From contig CDRNVI010000054.1 in the NCBI GenBank assembly GCA_977017575.1, positions 124,001-188,000 on the forward strand: a stretch of 64,000 nt of DNA, written 5' to 3'. The notes beneath the pieces were generated by a model that was not told the DNA's origin, did not search any database, and was given only the letters and a program-made list of their open reading frames with translations. Source of the DNA: Paramoeba atlantica (lineage: Eukaryota; Protista; Discosea). Positions 47,811 through 55,590 of the stretch are shown here, piece by piece (the first letter of the stretch is position 1; the number at the start of each line of letters is the position of its first letter). A program made the position numbers and the translations under genes.

Positions 47811-48665
47811 TGGTCCTGGGTTTTGTTCCACCCCGCCCCGAAAAACTTCGGTTTTCATGCACATTCGGCTCCATCCCGTTTCGGAGGAGAGCGACGAGGA
47901 GGGAAAAAAGGAAATTGGGTTGCGTAGCGCTTGGGGGAGCAACGTGTTCTGTGTTTTCGGAGAAAATTTAAATCTGAACAAGTGTGGACAAGGGTTTCGA
48001 GGGCCCAGGTTCCACTCCACCCCCCCTCGCATAAGACCGATGTCTATCTGCGTTTTACTCCATCCAGATTTGGCAATCAGGCCTTCGGCTGGGGCGTAAC
48101 ACCAAAGCGGGCCGTCCGGGGAGGGAACCTCTCTCCAGGCAGAGGCAAATTCCGTGTCGATCCCGATTTGGTTGCAAAGGGCGAAGGGATACCGGTCGGG
48201 GGGTGTGGTCTTGGGGATGACGATAAGAGTGCGTCCCGTGGGATGGCTAAAGACTGCGGTCCTGTGGCCAGGGATCATGCTAGGTTGGGAAGCGCATTGA
48301 AGTGCTGCGCTCACAGAGGTACCGGCGGGAAGTTGTCCAATGGCACAGTCTAGGTCAAAGCTGTTTCCGGAGTGAGTTTCGTAGAGGGTCACGAGTTCGT
48401 TGCGCAGACCGGTGTTCAAAGCGACCCTGTCGCGGACGAATTGTAGGGAATGGCTGGGAGATATTTGTTTTATCTGTATACTTGCAGCGGAGTCCGGGGA
48501 AAAGCACAGGGGTACATCTATACTAGTGTCTCCCGGTTCCCGCTCGTTGTCGTCGTCGTCGTCGTCCATCCACTCCTCTATGGGGATATCGGAAATTTCT
48601 CGATCGGGGCTGTCGTGAGGCAGATTCGCCCGAGTACCGGGCCATGGGCAACAGGACGGTCTCAA
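47337..48665 (-). CDS. Chimeric 442-aa ORF: acidic region, possible ubiquitin-like domains, two 2A-like motifs, in-frame RLE
   Basis: LMRGGVEWNLGP (48000-48026) and VFRGGVEQNPGP (47811-47837), then ALD-RWWLG of element G. Confidence 0.5.
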   Translation of the reverse strand: MRPSCCPWPGTRANLPHDSPDREISDIPIEEWMDDDDDDNEREPGDTSIDVPLCFSPDSAASIQIKQISPSHSLQFVRDRVALNTGLRNELVTLYETHSGNSFDLDCAIGQLPAGTSVSAALQCASQPSMIPGHRTAVFSHPTGRTLIVIPKTTPPDRYPFALCNQIGIDTEFASAWREVPSPDGPLWCYAPAEGLIAKSGWSKTQIDIGLMRGGVEWNLGPRNPCPHLFRFKFSPKTQNTLLPQALRNPISFFPSSSLSSETGWSRMCMKTEVFRGGVEQNPGPALDRWWLGADVYHESRPCPMDKCPQPLGTDGSHALVCKSGYGLISRHNALAEHFCDVCNKAHLAPQREKSLGNYSPVGGLTRPADIFLPNFGLATSLVLDFCVTHVQQTNYTDMVRGANVGKAGCFAERYASEHKSSERLEAESAGHKFTAMAVESN

Positions 48666-49695
48666 AGGCTTTACTTTCTTCTAAGAGGGTCTTCTCTCTC
48701 TCTTCCAAAGCTAATCGGAAGGCCTTTTTAATGTCATGTTCAAGATGGGTTTTCTGGTGTTCGTGGAGGAGTGAAGCGTCCATGAATTGTTTGCTGCATG
48801 TGGAGCATACGTGCCCCAGCTTCGTGATGGATAGTTTACGGGTCAAGGCGATGTGGTACTGTTTTATGACCTGTAAATTAGCGACGTAAATCTTGTGTCG
48901 GGACAATTCCTCCTGGGCAAGCAGCTGTGCCACGGCTGAGGAGAACTCGTGTGCTTCCGAGCATGCTTCTATATAGGCCAGGAATCCATCATTAGGCGTC
49001 CGAGTTCTTTTCATAACCTGGGGCCGAGACTCCTTCTGAGCCTTTTCAATTAATGAGAAGCGCTCATCGAGAGTAAGTGCGCGGTGTCGCTCCACTTTGG
49101 GCGCGCTTGTATTTGGGCCCATTGGAGCGAAAGAGGGCTTCGGACGTTCGCCAAAATGTGACTCGAGTGCTTGAGCATATGTGCACCGATAAGTTCCCTT
49201 GGAGGGGGCGGTGGACTGCGGCGAAAGTTTTGAGGTCACACTACGGATGTGATTCGCGGAGGCGGTGATACGACGGGGCTTCGACGATGAAGCAATGGTG
49301 CGTTTCTGCGGGAGTAGCAAGTCACACTCGTCGCAGCGTCTAAAGTAATGGCGCGCGGGGGTAAAGGAGGAGGAGCAGACTTCGCATGTTTTGGATTCTG
49401 ACGAAGCGTTCGATTGTGATACCGAGCAAGACTCGCACCACCGGAAGTACGGTCTCGCTGGGTAAAAAGGGGCGGAGCAGCCCACACAGGATTTCTTGCG
49501 GGCGTCGGGAGGGGAGGAAAGTGATTTCGGTGCGAAAGCCTTGTGCGGAGGGTACGACCTGATAGTAGGTTGTGTGGGAGGGGACACGCATTTGGATGAG
49601 CAATTCGCGCAAAAGCGATGGGAGGGGCTCTGTGGGACAAAACGTGTGCCACAGTGACAACACCAGAGCTTCCCCCCTGATCGAGGGTCATTCAT
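48523..49695 (-). CDS. SL-capped zinc-finger protein (three CxxC-x-CxxC modules, one C2H2)
   Basis: CCHCGTRFVP..FCANC, CVGCSAPFYP..WCESC, CEVCSSSFTP..RCDEC, CSTCSKQF..HEHQKTH; ATG 41 nt after SL copy. Confidence 0.65.
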   Translation of the reverse strand: MNDPRSGGKLWCCHCGTRFVPQSPSHRFCANCSSKCVSPPTQPTIRSYPPHKAFAPKSLSSPPDARKKSCVGCSAPFYPARPYFRWCESCSVSQSNASSESKTCEVCSSSFTPARHYFRRCDECDLLLPQKRTIASSSKPRRITASANHIRSVTSKLSPQSTAPSKGTYRCTYAQALESHFGERPKPSFAPMGPNTSAPKVERHRALTLDERFSLIEKAQKESRPQVMKRTRTPNDGFLAYIEACSEAHEFSSAVAQLLAQEELSRHKIYVANLQVIKQYHIALTRKLSITKLGHVCSTCSKQFMDASLLHEHQKTHLEHDIKKAFRLALEEREKTLLEESKAFETVLLPMARYSGESASRQPRSRNFRYPHRGVDGRRRRRQRAGTGRH

Positions 49696-49736
49696 TGGTG
49701 TATGTAAAGTCAATAGGAAGGAAAAGAGAAATAATT

Positions 49737-49772
49737 CAACAAGGTACAGAAACTGCATCTTTCTCGTTAAAG
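49737..49772 (-). ncRNA. SL exon copy upstream of zinc-finger ORF
   Basis: CTTTAACGAGAAAGATGCAGTTTCTGTACCTTGTTG followed by AATTAT. Confidence 0.85.
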
Positions 49773-49775
49773 ATA

Positions 49776-50564
49776 CAGTGGTTTCAGTTGATCTTGCCCC
49801 CCCCCTCGGAATTTTGATTTTTTTTATCCATTTTTGCTCATCTTTGCAGCATTGGAGAGATCTCGTTCCCCTAGCGAAGAGCTTTGCCGCCTTTTTTTCA
49901 TAGAGACCCCCTGGCACCCCCTGGGTGACCCGAAAGTTGACCAAAATAAAAAAAAATGGCATTTTTTTACCGTATCAAAAATGGAACGAAAAACGGATTT
50001 TATGTCCAAAAGTTAACTCTGAAGGAAAAGAACTAGTATCCGGAATGGCCTCCATTGTTTTGCAACATTTTTTGAAGTCTATTAGGGACTGAATCAATTG
50101 TGTTGCACACTTTACTTTTTTCTTGAGGACGTTTTAGAATCCGAAAAGCTATTGGGGGATTGTCTTCTCTTTTGTCATTCCATCCTTGTACGTACTCCCC
50201 CTGTTTGGGGTTAGAGGGTCTGGTCTGCATAATGTAGAGGTGTTGACTATATTAAATTAGGCGATAGGGATGGTAATAGACATAGAGCTTTCAAATTATC
50301 AATTTAGAACACTATTACTCGTACTTACATGTTCAAAATGTACAAAAAATCGAGAAAATGTGACAAAAAATGGTTGTGTACACAGAAAACGTCCAAAAAA
50401 AACAGTGTTTTTCGGACCCAGGGGGCACCAGGGGGTCTCTATGAAAAAAAGGCGGCAAAGCTCTTCGCTAGGGGAACGAGATCTCTCCAATGCTGAAAAG
50501 ATGAGCAAAAATGGATAAAAAAAATCAAAATTCCGAGGGGGGGCAAGATCAACTGAAACCACTG
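49776..50564. mobile_element. 789-bp Tc1/mariner-type MITE with ~150-bp TIRs and TA duplication
   Basis: TA-CAGTGGTTTCAGTTG...CAACTGAAACCACTG-TA; internal remnant DSVPNRLQKMLQNNGGHSGY typical of Tc1 transposase C-termini. Confidence 0.93.
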
Positions 50565-51271
50565 TATGTTTTTTTTAAAGATATTGTTTTTTAAAGATAT
50601 TGTTTTTTTTATCGTTAAAGATATGTTTTTTTTTGCGAATAATTGGGGGGAGTAGTATTGATTCTAATGTTTATATCGACGTTTCGAACTTATGACTATA
50701 AGATTGTTTTTCTCTCTCTTTCTCCTCTTTCTCTCTCACTTTCTCACCTCTTGACATACTTTTCCCACCTTTCTCCCTACTTTTCCCACCTTTCTCCCCA
50801 CTTTCCTACTTTCCCCCACCCGACTTTTCAACTTTTCAGGGAGGGTAAGGTCTCCCTCAGCTTCGCCTCACCCGGCCTGCAGGCGGTTCCTCAACCATTC
50901 GCGAGTTCCGGACCGGGTCTTTCGACCTCTCCACGGCCTGACTTGTGAACCCTTCCCTTGTTATACAGGAGGGCGCAGGCGCGGGCCTGTGTCGACAGCG
51001 ACACGGTCGCGAAACAGGATGCTGGCCGACGGGGAGGAGATTCACTACCCGTGTACTACCTCACTTGGGGTACCTAGCCCTGACGGACTAGGCGTGAGTA
51101 TAGACTCTGTCGACGCTACCAGCATCCGTACCGGGAGTTTCCCATGAAAGTCACCTGGCCATACCCCTGGCCATACCCAACGAGAGCCGGGTCGGCGTTT
51201 GCCGCGGGAAAACATTGTATAGCGGCCAGATTTCGCAGGCGAGGAAGTCGTCGGGTGTGGCGAGTGATCCA

Positions 51272-54200
51272 CTACTCCTCTTTCCCATAGCCTAGGAGCG
51301 CTGAATCAGGACCCACAGCAGGCCGTCGTAGGACGAGCATGCGGGCTTGGGATCTCATGAGGGTTACATTTAGGGATGTAGGCAACCGGTGTAGAGCATC
51401 CCCTTTCGGTAAAATATCCCCGGAATTGGCATTGGATGCCCTACCTGCAGCAACCACCCTAAGGATCGACATTGCGCTAGGGCTCCACGAGCCAAACGAT
51501 TCTACCACCATGGCGGTAAAATTCATTCGCGCCGCTTCAGCCTCTTCTCGTTGTTTAGCCTTGTTGGCGGTCGCGTATTGCTCCGCAAACGACCCCGCCG
51601 TCACCCAGTTAGCGTCACGGACTGTGTCCGTATATTTTTTTTGCTGGACATGAGTGACAGCGAAGTCGAGTACGAGGGCCTGACCGCGACCGAAACTTCG
51701 AATGAATACGTCCCCAGGTCTGGTGAGTGCGCCACCCGGACCTATGTTCCCCAAACTCACTTCTCCTTGAGGGGCAAGCCCGGCCTTTGAGCATTCTGCA
51801 GAGAATTGGGATACCAAGGCACTGTGCCGAGCAGTGATCCCGTGCCCGCATTTGTATGCCAGTGCGTGTTCACCCCCTGGGCCTAGGGGCTGTTTGCACT
51901 TTTCCATGGGGCAGGGACGGAGGCCCGGGTAGATGGTTTCCCCCAGCCACCAACGGATTAACATGCGAAACTCCGTGGGGGCGTACGCAAAGCCGTTCTT
52001 TTTGGGCGGCAACACGAAAGCCCACTCCGACGCCCCTTCCCCCGTTTCCGAGCTCCACCGAGCCCTCGTGCTTGGGTCAGCGTGGGCGAGTGCGTGTTCG
52101 AACGCGTGGGACGAAATAGCATGGCTCAGGTCCCTTTGTCGAGGTATGACCAATTTATTGTCTATTTCTTGGATCGGATTGGTTTGAAAGGGTTGGTGCT
52201 CTGAAACGGCCGAGCTTTGTAGAATTTTGCCCGTTTCATTGTCAACGATATTCTTCCCTGCGCGTTTGTTCACGTCGATCACTGCCTCATTGAAATCTTT
52301 TGCGTCCGTTGGATCCCAAAAGTCTTTCTCCGCTGCGAAGGCGACTGAGGCCACATAAGCGGAGGCAGAATGCTCCTCAGCTGAACGGAGTCCCAAGCCA
52401 CCAAACCGTTTGCCTCTCTGTGCTTGTCGCCTTGCTGCGTCGCTGAGTGGCCCGAAAAAGTGTGAGGTAGCGTCTTGCACTGCGTCGTCGAGACGTCGAC
52501 AGAGATCCTGGAGCTCCGACGTTGGGGTAGTACGGAGTGAGTAGACCATCTGACAGAAGCCCGTGCAATGCCGAATAAGTGAAAGGGCCACCTGGGGGTC
52601 CTCGAGTTTGGTAATGGCTTCCAGCGAGTCCTCTGCGTGTTCAATGGCGTTGTCAAGGAGAAATTGACGGCGGAACTCGGTTGACCCTAAAGGGCTATCT
52701 AACATATGGAAATTACCCTCAGTGCTTTTATTCGGTCCAGGTAGGTCGGGGAAGACATAAGAACGATGAGACGATGCGGGGTGCGCAGCGAGTTCACATT
52801 TCGCAGCGTTCAGATGTAAACCCCATCGCGGGCCGTTTAGTTCTAGCACATCAAATGCGTGTCGTACATCGCATGATGCGCCCGCCAGTATTCCGTCATC
52901 TAGATACCATAGATTCAGGTCTAGTTTCGGTGTTGCCGCGTGGATTTCCGAAGCAAGCTCCCTCATAACCAGTGAGAAGAGGAGGGGGCCAAGGGGGTCG
53001 CCTTGTTGTACCCCTTCAAAAGACTTTACCGTACGCGTACCGAACGTGAGTAAACTTTCTGTATAATAACACCACTCTACAAAATGACTGAGTTCGGGAA
53101 AGTGTATGCGCGTTAAATCAGTGAACCTGTCACGGGACACCTGGTTGAAGGCATTCCGGAGGTCTATTTTGCATAGAAGGAAGTTATCATCGTCTACGCG
53201 GGCCGCGAATGTCTGTCGGCAAAGATGGATAACACGTTCCGCCCCGGCCGGTGTAGCGACCCCGTATTGGTGTCCCTTAAAAAGTTTGCGGGCTCTGGTT
53301 TTGGCAGAGAAGCATGCAACTTTGCTCGCCAAGCGGCGAAGGGTTTCACCAGCGGCGATCGGGCGTACGTCGTGTTCCCCCTTCTTCATGGCACACAATC
53401 GACCTCCAGCGTAGTGGCTTTTGACTTCTAATGGTGCTTTTCCGGCTAGCATGTGATTGGTGAACTTTGTGAGTATTTCCAAAGGACCGGTCTGACCATC
53501 GTGATGACCATGTATAGCAACTTGCACGTGTTCCGGCCGCAGACCAAAGGCACCCCCGGAGGAACCCCGATAAAAAGTTGAGAGTGCCGCCGATACTTCA
53601 TCCTCCGTCACTTTAAGAGGTTCCACGTCCACTGATGGGCTGGGTGTATCTGATGCGGAGAGTCGGGGGGGATGCTTTGCCTGAAGCTTTGCGTAAGTCT
53701 CATCATTGTCCGGAGCGAGTGGCGCAGATGTCAGTGCGGTCATGGCGCGTGAGAGCTCCCCGTCACGTACGAGTCTTTCGGCTCGTAGTGCGGATTTTTT
53801 TTCTTCTTCTTCGAGACTCTGCGCTTTCTCCACGCTTCTCTTCTTGCCCGTGACGCTCTTGACAGCTTCATCCCAGAGGGCCAGGAAGTCTTTCTTGGAC
53901 CAGCGAGAAAGGCATTTCCGTACGTGGGAAGCATACGATGTTTTCTCCCGGCTACCTCCTCGATGGGGGGCAGGTATAACGCATTTGGGCAGCATAGCGA
54001 GGAGAGTCCACGCTTCAATGGTATTCTCTCGGATTGCCGAATCTAGACACCCGCAAAGCGCCTTTTCCCACTCTGGTCGGCAGCTGTTGGGTATATCTTT
54101 GCAAGTGATAATGGGCAAGGCGCATATGGAAAAGAGGCTTGGAAGAGGTGTGTCACTGTTCATTATATAGGTTTCGTCGGTAGTGATCTGGTCTGCCTGT

Positions 54201-55297
54201 GCGTCGGAAATTTCGTTTTTCTCTAGCGGCACGTCAGCACTCGAGACAGAAGTGTCGTCACTCGGTGTGGGGTTCCGTTGAGTGTGCGTCGAGGAAGCGC
54301 GGAACTTGCAATTCTTAATGTGAGCGTCCTCTTTGCTTAGATCATAATGTTTTTCACATTTTCGGCATCGAAATCTTCCTTCCCCTGTCCACCAGCTGTC
54401 CGGAGCTTCGTCTCCATGTCTGTGGGCTACGTGGTTATAGTATGATTGCCATTGACCACCGTGCGGCCCCGTCTTCCAGGTACACCCCTCAATAGGACAT
54501 TTCCGGAACGTGTCACTTTGTGAAAGTGCCTTTCTGGGTGTGGCAACCACATTTCTGGGTGTATTCGGTTGGGTGTAAGCTTTTTTAAGGGTTTGATCGT
54601 GGCGCTTGCGCTTTCCTTCGGGGGGGACGGGGGTTTGGTCTTTCGGAGGAGAGTCTGTGACATCCCCGTCACTGCTATCACTTGTGGGAACACTACTCAC
54701 TTGAGAATACTGGGTGGTCTTAGGGCTCTTCTTCTTTTTTCGTCTTCCTGGCCGTGTGCTGATCGAAAAATCGAAGTCATTTGGAGTAAGGTCTGGAAAT
54801 ACTATGTCATTCTCGTTTTGTTGAGAGTCGTTCGGATTTGTTTTCCGGAGGACGCGTTCGCGTTTCTCCTTTACAGCCTTATTTGATAACTTGGATTGGC
54901 TGAGCAAAGAAGAGTCAGAGCCTATGTATTCGAATCGAAAACCCTCATTTTCCTCCTGAGCGCAATTTTTCCCCCCAAAGCGAGCGCCTACATTTTCCTC
55001 CTGAAGGACATTGGAATGAATATCTGCCTCAGTCATTCCGTCAACGTGACCTGTGTCAGGTGTTGGGCCGGCAGGCGCGTTTGTTATGCTAATGGCAATG
55101 CCTTCCGCTTGCTGTATCTTTTCAGAGGAAAGGTCCTGCGGTATTTCTGTGGTGTAAAGTAGTTCGTCGTAAGTACTCTTCCCGTTCGTTAGGTGTTCGT
55201 TGGCCTTAAATTGATCATACGACCCTACCTTGTGAGAGGCAGCTTCCTTCCCAAAGTTACAGTCCGTTCGTGTTTTAGAACGCGTTGACACGCCCAT
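51272..55297 (-). CDS. Intact 1341-aa Zn finger-RT-RLE protein of element C
   Basis: CPIEGC..H..H and C2HC fingers, KIDLRNAFN, GVQQGDPLG, WYLDDG, RPGDVF..LDFAVTH; last knuckle Cys is Tyr (HALAYKC vs HALxCK in sisters). Confidence 0.93.
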   Translation of the reverse strand: MGVSTRSKTRTDCNFGKEAASHKVGSYDQFKANEHLTNGKSTYDELLYTTEIPQDLSSEKIQQAEGIAISITNAPAGPTPDTGHVDGMTEADIHSNVLQEENVGARFGGKNCAQEENEGFRFEYIGSDSSLLSQSKLSNKAVKEKRERVLRKTNPNDSQQNENDIVFPDLTPNDFDFSISTRPGRRKKKKSPKTTQYSQVSSVPTSDSSDGDVTDSPPKDQTPVPPEGKRKRHDQTLKKAYTQPNTPRNVVATPRKALSQSDTFRKCPIEGCTWKTGPHGGQWQSYYNHVAHRHGDEAPDSWWTGEGRFRCRKCEKHYDLSKEDAHIKNCKFRASSTHTQRNPTPSDDTSVSSADVPLEKNEISDAQADQITTDETYIMNSDTPLPSLFSICALPIITCKDIPNSCRPEWEKALCGCLDSAIRENTIEAWTLLAMLPKCVIPAPHRGGSREKTSYASHVRKCLSRWSKKDFLALWDEAVKSVTGKKRSVEKAQSLEEEEKKSALRAERLVRDGELSRAMTALTSAPLAPDNDETYAKLQAKHPPRLSASDTPSPSVDVEPLKVTEDEVSAALSTFYRGSSGGAFGLRPEHVQVAIHGHHDGQTGPLEILTKFTNHMLAGKAPLEVKSHYAGGRLCAMKKGEHDVRPIAAGETLRRLASKVACFSAKTRARKLFKGHQYGVATPAGAERVIHLCRQTFAARVDDDNFLLCKIDLRNAFNQVSRDRFTDLTRIHFPELSHFVEWCYYTESLLTFGTRTVKSFEGVQQGDPLGPLLFSLVMRELASEIHAATPKLDLNLWYLDDGILAGASCDVRHAFDVLELNGPRWGLHLNAAKCELAAHPASSHRSYVFPDLPGPNKSTEGNFHMLDSPLGSTEFRRQFLLDNAIEHAEDSLEAITKLEDPQVALSLIRHCTGFCQMVYSLRTTPTSELQDLCRRLDDAVQDATSHFFGPLSDAARRQAQRGKRFGGLGLRSAEEHSASAYVASVAFAAEKDFWDPTDAKDFNEAVIDVNKRAGKNIVDNETGKILQSSAVSEHQPFQTNPIQEIDNKLVIPRQRDLSHAISSHAFEHALAHADPSTRARWSSETGEGASEWAFVLPPKKNGFAYAPTEFRMLIRWWLGETIYPGLRPCPMEKCKQPLGPGGEHALAYKCGHGITARHSALVSQFSAECSKAGLAPQGEVSLGNIGPGGALTRPGDVFIRSFGRGQALVLDFAVTHVQQKKYTDTVRDANWVTAGSFAEQYATANKAKQREEAEAARMNFTAMVVESFGSWSPSAMSILRVVAAGRASNANSGDILPKGDALHRLPTSLNVTLMRSQARMLVLRRPAVGPDSALLGYGKEE

Positions 55298-55331
55298 GTA
55301 ATGGTTGAATGTAAGAAAGAAAAAAATAATT

Positions 55332-55367
55332 CAACAAGGTACAGAAACTGTATCTTTGTCGTTAAAG
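55332..55367 (-). ncRNA. SL exon copy at 5' end of element C
   Basis: CTTTAACGACAAAGATACAGTTTCTGTACCTTGTTG, 34 nt before the ATG. Confidence 0.87.
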
Positions 55368-55376
55368 ATAAGGTAA

Positions 55377-55590
55377 GGCTCTGTGGGACAAAACGTGTGC
55401 CACAGTGACAACACCAGAGCTTCCCCCCTGATCGAGGGTCATTCATTGGTGTATGTAAAGTCAATAGGAAGGAAAAGAGAAATAATTCAACAAGGTACAG
55501 AAACTGTATCTTTATCGTTAAAGGTATGTTTTTTCTAAAGATATTGTTTTTTAAAGATATTGTTTTTTTTATCGTTAAAGATATGTTTTT
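55377..55590 (-). repeat. 214-bp direct repeat (SL stutter + SL 55488-55523 + start of Zn-finger ORF); partner 49626-49775 + 50567-50630
   Basis: About 4 differences once the MITE and one TA are removed. Confidence 0.92.

Larger units (their letters stand above)
50631..55376 (-). mobile_element. Full-length CRE-like family-3 element C: SL, ORF, cassette (50895-51127), poly(A)
   Basis: SL 55332-55367; poly(A) 50626-50634; flanked by 214-bp direct repeats. Confidence 0.92.
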
